DNA of 64,000 nt from Girardia tigrina (taxonomy: Eukaryota). The translations under genes and the position numbers were made by a program. Below, in pieces: positions 25,301 through 36,288 of the stretch. Under the pieces are notes generated by a model that worked only from the letters and a program-made list of their open reading frames with translations, was not told the origin of the DNA and ran no database searches. Position 1 is the first letter of the stretch; every line of letters begins with the position of its first letter. The stretch spans positions 15,318 to 79,317 of the forward strand of contig MQRK01236046.1 in NCBI GenBank assembly GCA_001938485.1, written 5' to 3'.

Positions 25301-25598
25301 AACAATTGTAACTCACATGTGATAGAAACAGTTGGGCAATATTTAAATCAATGCCAGTCGTGCAATCAATGTGATAGAACAAAGATAAATAAAAATTAGT
25401 TAATGAAAATTGATTTTTTCATTGATACGGCCACTACTGTATCAATCTATATCTTCTTGACTCGCCACCATTTCCCGGAACAATACCATTAATCGATTTC
25501 TCACCGTTCAGCATTGTCCTCACAGTTGCGAAGCCCAAGCGTGGAGTATTGCGTCGACATTTGAAGCGTTGGATGATTTGCTCTCCATGTCCGACTGA
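16350..25598 (+). CDS. AGL: Glycogen debranching enzyme (4-alpha-glucanotransferase/amylo-1,6-glucosidase). Exons 16350-16425, 16473-19650 (spans N gap, may hide an intron), 19824-20072, 23056-23603, 23920-24157, 24252-24638, 25512-25598
   Basis: Motifs LQTYLAKNLGP, MIHFTPLQELG, IRLDNCHGTP, AELFTG, THDNE, RNWGRDTFISLRGL, RHGLIPNLL, CGTWMDKMG, YHQGPEWVW, LPELTN, SCEAQAWS. All junctions are GT-AG and frame-consistent. Confidence 0.96.
20177..20220 (-). ncRNA. Degenerate minimal hammerhead ribozyme at the 3' end of a Penelope-like remnant
   Basis: CTGAAGA-TGGCGG(GCAAT)CCGTC-GAAAT-CA-ATA; stem I is imperfect. Confidence 0.55.
20280..20510 (-). pseudogene. GIY-YIG endonuclease C-terminal remnant of a Penelope-like element (in AGL intron)
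   Basis: HIGETARHLCKTIQEH ... CEALFI*D..PKIN pattern, followed by the hammerhead. Confidence 0.7.
20614..21250 (-). repeat. Degenerate copy of the C2H2 zinc-finger repeat at 57149-58012
   Basis: Long colinear nucleotide similarity (e.g. GGATGTTCGTAGTACCATTACCTTGGATTCGATGATC) and the KHLIK.TISERLKE.VE.EKEYPKML translation. Confidence 0.9.
21870..22081. mobile_element. MITE (Tc1/mariner/pogo-type TIRs)
   Basis: TACCGTTTTTTTCCGTGTATGAGA ... TCTTATACACAGAAAAATACGGTA imperfect TIRs. Confidence 0.7.
22195..22626. mobile_element. Non-autonomous TIR element
   Basis: TACCCTGTTTTATGGTTATATGGTGGCACCTT ... AAGGTGGCACCTTATAACCATAAAACATGGTA, TA-flanked. Confidence 0.75.
24665..25439. mobile_element. Tc1-like foldback element with long TIRs in the last AGL intron
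   Basis: CAGTAGTGGCC...GGCCACTACTG termini with ~200-bp inverted arms. Internal Tc1 HTH remnant TGSVHDRHRSGRPRQSTPREDK. Confidence 0.85.
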
Positions 25599-25930
25599 GA
25601 CCCGATTTTACCTATCTCTCTAACCCAAACAATTTCTTGATTTTATTTCTGTGATCACAGCTGATTAGATGGTGGCCGCCGCCGGCACATGTCGACACAT
25701 GGCCACCAGCAACAAGATTTTACCAATTCGCATCGATTTTATTTTAGAAAAATAAATATTCTATTTTCAATTGTTCGCGTTATTCTTTTGTGTGAAAGAA
25801 ATTGTTTTTATTGTCAACAGTTTTCCCAAGCTTACTTTCTATATCGGGTTGTGTTAAAGATATATTTTGGTGTTGTAGGAAATGATATAAATAACTTTCA
25901 AAATATATCTTTAACTTAAAATGTTATTAT

Positions 25931-27796
25931 TAGAGAGCGGAATAATTACGGTAAAAAATGTCAAATTTCCGGTATAATTTCCGGTAAAAATAAGGTAAAA
26001 TATAATGAAATGAAAAATACCAACATAAAACATTTATTTGTTGTAATACAAAATTAACAACTTTTCGAGATTATCTGGGGTTAAATTGGTTCTTCTTTCA
26101 GTGAACAAAATTTTTAAAAGTGAAAAAGATCTTTCAGCTGAAGCAGAAACAAGTGGAGAACATATTCAAATAATTTTTCTTCAATCCCACATGTAACTGC
26201 ATTATATGTTAAAAAGAAATTTAAATCTGGATTCTTTTTTATCAATGCACTCATTTTCTTTACCAGTACTACATCGNNNNNNNNNNNNNNNNNNNNNNNN
26301 NNNNNNNNNNNNNNNNNNNNNNNNNNNNNNNNNNNNNNNNNNNNNNNNNNNNNNNNNNNNNNNNNNNNNNNNATAAATTGACAGTTGTTCACAAATCGTA
26401 GTTGATTGATCAATGTTTCATTTTCAAAAACAATACTTAGTTGGCAATAAATGGTTGGGTTTGAATTGAAAAAATTCAAAAGTATTGCATAGTTTNNNNN
26501 NNNNNNNNNNNNNNNNNNNNNNNNNNNNNNNNNNNNNNNNNNNNNAACAATACTTAGTTGGCAATAAATGGTTGGGTTTGAATTGAAAAAATTCAAAAGT
26601 ATTGCATAGTTTTTAAATATATACGATGCACATTCAATCCATGTACCCCACCTTGTCAAAACAGTGAATTTTGGCAGCTTTATTTGTGTATTTTTGATAG
26701 ATTCCTCCTGATTATTTTTAATAAAAATTCTTTTAAAATCTGCCATAAAAGAATCTAATTTTGTACAATTTTGTCGTATTGTTTCACATAAGCGATGTAA
26801 CATGTGGCATAAACAAGTCACCACATGCTTCAATTTTGGAAAAAGCAACTTTAACATTTTTCCAGCTTTAACTGCATATGGAGCAGCATCTGATACCAGC
26901 AACCTCAATAGAGAATAATTAATAGTCCCACCATATAATTGAGTTAACGTGCCAATTATTCTTTGGTTGATGACTTCTGCATTTGTTTTGTCAATATCTA
27001 CAACAGATATTAATTTAGGCGATAATAGGTATTCACCACATTGCCNNNNNNNNNNNNNNNNNNNNNNNNNNNNNNNNNNNNNNNNNNNNNNNNNNNNNNN
27101 NNNNNNNNNNNNNNNNNNNNNNNNNNNNNNNNNNNNNNNNNNNNNNNNNNNNNNNNNNNNNNNNNNTAAAATAAATTTCCTGTAAAATGATTCGCTTTTG
27201 ACAAAAATTTTACAATACTTTTCCAAAAAAAATTTCATTTTTGGATTACCGATTTTTTTAAATGGTATGTTGGCTGCACAAAAAGCTTCAACAATGTCTT
27301 TATCAAATTCAGAGTATTTGTTGCTTTTTTCATGTGAAAAAACAAGTTCAGATTGCTTCTTACCGTCATTAATTTTCTTGGCAGATATATGTGTTAATGA
27401 CCTCAAATGCTTCGTCAGTGGTGCAACTCCTTCTTTTGGCAAATATTTAAATCCTTTCGTGCATATTTGACAAAATACTTTATCATTTCTTATTTGAAAA
27501 TCACTATTCGCACGTATTAAATCAGTTAGTGCTTTATATTTAGATACATTTACCATTATTATAAAATTTTGAATTATTACTGTTTCAAAAAGTGTTTTAA
27601 AACAAATTTTTAAAATAAATTATGTTACAATATTAGTAATATTATATTACAATGTCAATATTTTCAANNNNNNNNNNAAAAATGTCGTAATTACTGGTTT
27701 ATTTATCAAGATTAGAATTTACGGCTTTTTCATTTTCAGTCGCAAAAATACGGGTTTTTTTACGGTTACGGTTTACCGTAATTATTCCGCTCTCTA
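25931..27796 (-). mobile_element. hAT-superfamily DNA transposon; transposase ORF 26114-27556 (CGGBP1/DUF659-like, BED-type finger)
   Basis: Perfect 25-bp TIR TAGAGAGCGGAATAATTACGGTAAA and perfect 8-bp TSD GTTATTAT (25923-25930, 27797-27804). Motifs CQIC...H....H, SDAAPY, CLCHMLH, TRWGTW. Confidence 0.93.
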
Positions 27797-28119
27797 GTTA
27801 TTATGGTTTAACGAACCCTGGGATTAGAACTAAATTATATGAAACAATTTTAAAAATATCTAAAATATTAGAGTAGAATAAAATAGGGTAATTTTAAAAT
27901 AAATTCAAAATAATTAAAAAAAAATTTTAAACCTGAAAATATAATTTTTTATGTTTTTACAACTATCCAACTAAACGTCCAAAAAGGTACAAACAAAGGT
28001 GAATTAAGACACACACACAAATAATTAAATTACTTTTGTCCAACGATAAAAGGGAAAAAACAACAGCCCAATCACAATAGATAAACCCAGTCAACACAAA
28101 AGACACGAAATTAATGGTA

Positions 28120-29360
28120 TTAGGTTGGTCGAAAAATAATGGCGGTTTTTGAGCTTTATACTTTGTTTATCTACTTTGATATGTATATAAGTTTAAATGC
28201 ATTAGTGTTAGATATTATTTGAAATCCTATGCCTAGCTGTATATTCCTATAGCCATTATTAACATATTGCTGTTATTTTTTAGAATATTTACGGTGCTAA
28301 ATTAATAATGGAAAAAATTAAAATTCGAGCAATTTTCTTGTACAAATTTAAACTGGGTCGTAAAATCAATAAAGCGTTTGGCAAGGGAACAGCTTATGAG
28401 CGCACAGTGCAACGATGGTTCCGAAAATTTTCTGATGGAGAGGAAAACCACGAAGATGAAGAAGGTCATGGTCGTCAGTTTCTATGAACAACGACAATTT
28501 GAGGACAATGGTGGAAACAGATCCCCGTACAACAATCAGAGAACTTGCAGATGGGTTGGGCATTAGTCATTCAACAGTCCTGGATCATTTAAAACAACTT
28601 NNNNNNNNNNNNNNNNNNNNNNNNNNNNNNNNNNNNNNNNNNNNNNNNNNNNNNNNNNNNNNNGAAATTTGTTCTGCCAATCATCTTCGCAATAAAAACG
28701 ATCCATTTCTTGATCGTATTATTACCTGTGATGAGAAATGGATCCTGTATGATAACCGACGTCGATCTGCACAGTGGTTGGAAAAAGATGAAGTACCGAA
28801 ACACTTTCCCCCCGATAGGTTATGGTGACAGTTTGGTGGTGTGATGCTGGAATCATCCACTATAGTTTCTTGAATTCAGGTGAAACAATCACAGCGGATT
28901 CAAGGTACTGTCATGAAATTGATGAAATGCATAAAAATTGAAAACCCTTTGTCCGGGATTGGTCAATCGAAAGAGTCCCATCCTTCTTTATGATAACGCT
29001 AGACCTCATATTTCAAAAGTGACTCTTCAAAAGCTTAATGAGTTGGGCTATGAAACTCTGCTTCATCTACTATATTCACCATACCTCTCGCGAACGGACT
29101 TCTACTTTTTCAAGCATTTGTACAACTTCCTACGTGAAAAAATTTTCAAAAACCAAAATGATGCTCAAAATGCCTTCCAAGAATTCGTCGCTTCGAGAAC
29201 CGATGCATTTTATGCTGATGGAATAAAACAACTTCTTTCTCGTTGGCAAAAATGTATTTGCCAACAGTTCATACTTTGATTAATAAACTTTTGTTTCTGT
29301 GAATTTGCACGTCTTTGAAGTTTGTGTCCCAAAACCGCCATTATTTTTCGACCAACCTAA
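28120..29360 (+). mobile_element. Mariner transposon, full length, frameshifted transposase
   Basis: TIR TTAGGTTGGTCGAAAAATAATGGCGGTTTT, TA TSD. Motifs TCDEKW, DNARPH, YSPYLSRTDF. Confidence 0.95.
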
Positions 29361-29614
29361 TATATATATTCTTTCGTTCGAAATTGATTCTTCTCAAAAT
29401 ATCTTCACTAATAGACGATTATGACGAGAGTTGGAAAATACTCTTCTCTATCATAATATAAATTAAAAATTGTGATCAATATATTTTTTATTGATCATAT
29501 ATTTTAAATTTAATTTTAATTTGACTTGACTACATAAGGTAGTCAAGCATATAGTATAAATGATAATTAAATTTTAATAATAAAAAAAAATTATATGAAA
29601 ATATAGGAATAATT

Positions 29615-31275
29615 TTATACAATAGCCCCCTCCCCTTCAGAAGTGGAACGGACACTAGTGTGTATTAATTTTAGGTTTCTTTGATTTTTAAGCTTATGGT
29701 TAACATTAGAAAAAATGTCCGCAGTATTATTTTCGTAAACTTCTGCTTTATACGGACCAGTAAAACGGTTGCCAAAAGTTGTTGGATTAATGATTTTCTC
29801 GTAAGCCACTGCCTCCTTAGTCTATAATTTTTGTTTTGGTGATAGATCTAAATCGAATAATTTCACGAAGGCTTTCTTTCCACGCAACCTTTCTAACGGA
29901 GAAGTACCTGAAGTTGAATTAGGTTTAAGTCTCAGAGACAAAAGAGCCTCCGGAAGAATGTCTAACCAGTTTGAGTCATTTCCTTTTAAACGTATTGTTT
30001 GTTTGAGATATCTATTAAAAAATCTCGACTTTACCATTTGAACTTGGATTATAAGGAGTGGTTCTGATTTTAACAATGCCGAAAGACGTACATAACTTTT
30101 TGAATAGATCTGATTCAAACTACCGTCCTTGATCCGATATTATTTTTTTTGGGGGTCTGTATCTACAAATACAGTTCTCCTTGATCGCTTTGATTACTGA
30201 CTGTGAGGAAATATCTGACACAGGAATAGCTTCAAACCATGATGAAAAACGATCAATTATGGTGACTATGTATTTTATTTCATGATTATGTGGGAGCGGG
30301 CCGATTATATCTACGTGAATAATATAGAATATACCTCCTTCATCAAAATGCACTTTTCTGATTTTTATTCTACTTATAGATTTATTTAAATTGCAAGTAA
30401 TGCAAGAATTTACAAAACTCTTCACATCCTCACGCATTTTGTACCAACATGCCTGATCGCATAATAACTGGTAAGTACAGCGGAATCCGTAATGACAAAA
30501 ATTGTGTATTGAAGCAATACAAGTTTGTCTCAGGTTTTTAGGGATCAAAGGACGAGAAATGCCGTACAACGAGATTTCATACCAAATTTCTTTAACTTCT
30601 TTCAATTTGATTGATAGATAACTAGCACATCCTTTTACCACTTCTAACTGTTTACCAAGAAGGTCACTAGTAGTAAAATTGGAACAGAAATTCATACTTC
30701 CCACAGGATTACGAGACAAAAAATCAGCGGCTACATTAGAACTCCAGACACGTATTTGAAACAGCAATGGACTTGTGAGATGTAACAGGTTTGTGTCATC
30801 TGTCGAGGAGTGGGATCTTTTTAAGATAGTACTTGAAGAAGAGTTTTGTGATCTGTGACAATTGTGAAATTACGGTCTTCTAAGAAATGTCGAAAGTGTT
30901 TGATAGATTTGTAGACCGCTAAAAGTTCTCTATCAAAAGTAGAATATCTTCGTTCAGTATCTTTTAATTTCGAAGAATAAAAAGCGATAGGAAAGACTAC
31001 GTCGTTTAATTTTTGTTCCAAAACACTACCGATGGCATCGGAGGAAGCGTCAGTGGTTAAATATAATTCCGAACCTTTTTTTTAAGCAAGTTAGATTGGT
31101 AATATTGTTTATAGTCTTTTTTATCTCTATGAAAGCTGTTTCTAATTCGTCTTTCCAAGTAATTTTATCAAGTTTCTTTTTTCCTTTTATCGTTTCCGTA
31201 AAAGCAGACAATAATAGTGAACAGTCTTTTATAAATTGGTGGTAGAAATTGATCATACCACAAATTCGACAGATC
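29615..31275 (-). mobile_element. Degenerate Ty3/Gypsy pol fragment (RT end, RNase H, integrase) ending at a polypurine tract
   Basis: GMINFY, TDASS, RYSTFDRELLA, TDHK, H..GH...C..C, DIIGPLP, SDQGR, GPY motifs. PPT GAAGGGGAGGGGG followed by TGT. Confidence 0.9.
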
Positions 31276-32420
31276 TATTACATTATTAGGTGGTAATTAA
31301 AATTTTAAAAATGAAAATTTCAAGTAAGTTTTAGAAAAAATGAAAAATTCAGATAAATTTTAGAAAAAATAATAGAAGAAAATATATATATTAACAATCT
31401 GACTTAATTTCTTGAGTGTGAGAAATAATTTAATTTCCCTGATCGAGATTTAAATAATTAAATATTATTTAGGATTAATATCAAATGGAAAAAACTTTAA
31501 GTTAAATATTTCAAATAATACTTTAAAATTGAATTTTTATTTTTTTCTAAAATTTATCCGTATTTTTCATTTTAAAAATTGTAATCTTCCAGACTTAGTT
31601 TTCGAGTCTTAATTGTCATTCTCCCATATATATGTATCCATGAAATTTAGAAACCTATTTTTGAAGGCCTTTTACTCAAACGATTTTCTCCAATCTTTGC
31701 ACACTTAGTCATTCTCAATGACAATAAATAGTTTTGTGAAAATTTGATCATAAAACTTTTTAAGGTCCTATAATGGGAAAAAGCGGAAAATTTGGAATTC
31801 CTGAACAATATTAATTGAAAAAGATCTACTTATAAATTATAAGTAATTTATATTAATTTTTATTGTGTTTTTTTCAATTATTTTTTAATGAAAACTTTGT
31901 TGGCAAAGTAGAGTTCTGTCTGCGTAAGAATGGATATAAAAATTGAATTTTTTGATTTATTAGTTTTATTTAAGAACAACCGAAAATGGTGACCCGATAA
32001 AATCGAGCCGATCATTATTTTTTTATTTTCATTAAAAATTTATTTCAATAATACACATCAGCGATGTGATTGTTAAATTATGAATGATTATGAACTCCGA
32101 TTTTCCCGATAAAGTAGTTTTCTATTTTCATTTACAACAAATATTTTTATTTTAGAATTAGAAAATTTTTAGGATAAATTAAAAATTATTTAAATAATAC
32201 AAATCATTGAGAGACCAAGACATATTATCTTTCAGTGAAAATGTACGTTTATTCGTTAATATGCTGATAGACCTTCTATTTGTTTCACCTGTCTTTAGAG
32301 AATCGAATGAAGTTTTTGAGAATTTGTATGACTCCTGGGATGAAAATTAAACTGATCACTGAAGACGAAACTGCAGAGTTAATCTAAGATTTCCTGTAAC
32401 AATGTCGATCATTTGAGATA

Positions 32421-32700
32421 GTGTGCAATACAATCTATTCAATGGAGCAATCGCACCATGCTTTTCAGATGTCTATTGGTGGCCATTACCCTGATGTCTA
32501 CAAGCTGTTCAATCATTTTCGCAGAGAACAAGAATACACTAGGTACATAATTCAAAGATACAATGCAGAAGAACGAGGCAAAACTGCAAGCAAGGTAAAG
32601 TATTTTCAACCAAACAGACGTCTTGCAGTTTCGTTTTCAACGTCTGACAACATACCACTAATATAATTTCTACGTGGTATAGCTTTCAATTAAACTCTGT
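32421..32700 (+). pseudogene. MULE-type transposase C-terminal remnant
   Basis: HHAFQMSIGGHYPDVYKLFNHFRREQEYT resembles the conserved MULE C-terminal H...HP....F..EQ segment. Confidence 0.55.
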
Positions 32701-32904
32701 AATAAAATACATTTAGTAAATAAATTTTCTTTTGTTTTTTAAATAAAAGTTTATAAATTGCATAATTGTATTTATAAGAAAATGTAAAATCTATTGATTT
32801 TATTATTATTTGTTTACTTAGATATTTATTTTCAAAAAATATTTGATAGTTAACTAAATAATATCAAAAGCCAAAATTGAATATTTCATTATTATTATCA
32901 CTAT

Positions 32905-33450
32905 TTTGTCGGTGAGGTGCCGGCTGGCGGGCTAAGTGGTGGCGACCACCACCTCTTAATTGTGCGGAGATTCACCGGCGCGAAAGAACAGCCGACCGTT
33001 TCGCAGTCGCTCGTGATCCCCGCATGTCGAGTGCCCACCGGTCGACGGGTCGCTTTTGGTCGGAAATGCAATCAGTGTGCACCGGTCCTCCGTTTTGCAC
33101 CACCGAACGCAGGACAGTGGATTCAACTTGGAACTGTGGGTGGTCTCCACAATCGGCTCTCGCGACACCGGGTGATTTCATTGAAAGTGAAACGCGTGTC
33201 GATATGTTTGGACATCGTAGTCGGTCGGATCGGTTCCGCCAGTGGTGCGGAATTCAGAGACCACATATGTCTCATTATTTGTGGGAAAAAAAGAAAGAAA
33301 ACGAGAAAATTCAACATCAATAATATTTATTAGAGATTTCAATTTTTTTGAACTTGATTTTCACTCTTTTACTTTAAATAAACAAAAATCAAAATTGAAA
33401 GTTTTTTCAAATTTTCAATTTTTTTAAGTATTAGTTTTTCTGAGCACTAC
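32905..33450 (-). other. GC-rich structured island with conserved upstream motifs; paralog of 48145-48576 (ncRNA or degenerate small gene)
   Basis: Ungapped ~150-nt similarity to the 48 kb island plus shared AT-rich flank motifs. Confidence 0.6.
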
Positions 33451-36288
33451 AGTCGAGGAACCCCCAGAATAATTCAATATAGATTTGTGTTTGTTTTTAC
33501 TGAGTTTTAGTTTCAGTTTGATGAGTTTTTCGTGCAGAAAATTAATCTTACAGTAGTTTGCTGGTCTGTTTTTGTTGGTGACAATGTCTTCGAGAAGGAA
33601 TATTTTCTGTTGTTATTATAGTATTTGTGAATTCGATTAAATATAATAAATATATTAATGTCGAATAATTTCGTTTAATGCTCGGAGACTTTGATGTTTG
33701 GATGACATGATTTCCTCTTACGATTGAATTTTGTCATAATTTTGGATCAATTTCTGAAAGTTTTTCCTTTTGTTTGATCGTTTGTTTCTACTTTAATAAA
33801 ATTATTTTCGACGAACATTGATTTTTTTATGAACTCAAAATTTACTAAACATAAAAAACATATAACATTCATAATATGACATTCTTTGATGTGTTGAAGT
33901 TCAATGGAGTTGAGTAAAATATTTGCGTATTCAACCTCGCATTTGAATTCAACAAAGGAAGATTCAATTTAAAGATTCAATTTAAATATTCCTCACAGTT
34001 ATAATATTCACCCATTTGTGATGTACTAATTAACCAATTTACATCTACGTTTGGGGTTATTAAGAACACCAACATGGGTTTTCGAACTTTTATTTTAAAT
34101 ACAATGAGAATTGTCTTTTGGACAACTCTCAGTCAAGCTCTCAGAATTTGACATCGTTCTAAATTGATAAATTTTAATTAATGTTTTTTAATAAACAATT
34201 ATTCGAACAAATTTTTCATTATTTTCAGATTTTATTTATAAGTTCTTATTAACAACATCAATATGAGTTTTACAACATTTATTAATATTACAAGCGCATT
34301 CACTATTTGACATCTCTCTTGATCAATATTTTTCTGAGTTCAAACTAATTATTTCATTATGAAAAGTTAGCAAAATTTATAATTTCATCAAAAACAGTTC
34401 GAAAATATTTGACTTGATTCTCTTTTTAATAATACATGCATTTATTTTACAATGGCATTCAATTTATTGATTTTGTAGTGTTTACTAACTGATCGCATAG
34501 TGATCCTCGTAGTGTAGTAGATGCACTCCGGTGTTGGTGGTGCATATCTCAGTCTCGGAGTAATTTTATTTATTCCTACCCCTGGGTTATGGAAATGAAA
34601 CAGTCAGCTCTCCTGTCTGTCAACAATTGTGCAAACATTTATAGTGCTAATGAGGACCGGTTCTCGTTCAATTATATCTTTCAAAGGAACAATTCCATAA
34701 CTGATATCTGTTAATTTCAGAAATAAGATGGTCGAATCTGACGAAATTCGGTAATTAAAGATCTGCAAAATACATTTCCGATAATTGGAACGACTTGTAG
34801 CTTTTTTTGCATTTCTTGGTGAAAAAAAAATTTTTCACTTTTTTTTGAACTATCAATAAAAAACGACTTTACCCATATTTTAGCATTGTATTGTGTTTTC
34901 TAATAAGATTTTGATAAGAGTCATGATTAATTTATTTAATACAAATTTCGATTTGTCCTGATTCATTCATTTTAACGAATTTGGCCATTTAAATAATGCC
35001 AACTATATACAAACTATTTTTTTAAATCTTTATTTTCTATTTTTCATTTATATTTTTTTTGCGTTACCGCAATTCTAGGTATTAAAACAACATTACAATA
35101 TACAAAAATCATTTTTAAACATTAATCATACAATTATTTTTACATTTGTTAGGAGCTTTGGTGAGTTCATAAAACTTTTAAATTGTTGAGGGAATATCTC
35201 AAAATTTATAATTTATTGTGTATTATTTAAATTAATAAACAATTTTGATAAACAATTTTATTTTTTCATAGATGGAATATTTGTGATAATAAATATAAAA
35301 TTATATTTTTTATATAAATAAATAAAATATTTAAGAGAGTTTGAGTAAATAAAAGAAGAAAGAAAGACAGATATTTAAAACGGAATAGTAAATAATAAAT
35401 TTAAATTAAAAAATAAAATTGATTTTAAAAGAAAGACCTAGTATAAAAGGTCTTTTAAAAAGTACAGAAGTTTTAAAGTTCAAAAGTTAGAGAGAGTTTA
35501 TTTTAAAGGTCAGAAAGAATTTGCCAAGACGTCACATAGATTATTTATCAGGAAGTTACATAAATTATTTATCAAAAAGTCGCATAAATTGTTTATTTTT
35601 TAATCTATTTAAACGAGTGAAAATCGAGGATATTCAGTTATTGAATCCCACTGAAATAGTGCGAGATTTCTGAATTGAACTGAAGTTGTTGAGAATTTTA
35701 AAACAAAGAAGAAAAAGAGAAAGAGCTAACTAAAAAGTAATTGATATTAAAAAGCATTAATCGATTTTAACATAATTACTAAATACTATATTTCTTATAT
35801 ACAAACACACTGTAAAGTGTGACGCAAACCTAAAAATTCAAATCAACCCGAGTTGTCGCAAAAGGCTCTCGGTGTTTCAATATAAAATCGGCCAGGGGCC
35901 AAATAAAATACTATTCCTTTATCAAGCTTTGTAATCAATTGTAGATACATAAATATATTTTTATAAAATAAAATCAGAGTTTCTTTTATTTTTAATAAAA
36001 ACACAACTAACACTCAACAAAATTTAATCAAGTTAATAATGAAATAATTACATTTTGAAAAGTAGGTCTATAGATTATGTTAAAATAAGATTTTCATTGC
36101 GTCAAAAATTAATTTATATAACAATAAATTTTAAGGTAGATTTTTAAGATTCAACACAAATTTAATTTATAAATTTATTAATAAAGTAAATTTTAATTTT
36201 ATAAAAAACGTAATATTTGAAAGGATAATAAACTAAAAAAATATTTTTTAACTTTTATATAAATAAAACATATCAAATATAATATGAT

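Noticed and set aside
26426-26612. Tandem duplication inside the hAT transposase (and at 36728-36841)
   Set aside because: Identical sequence on both sides of an N gap indicates a scaffolding overlap artefact.
32905-33270. Alternative genetic code or selenoprotein explanation for in-frame stops
   Set aside because: AGL uses the standard code with a TGA stop, and no SECIS (AUGA..AA..GA) core is evident.
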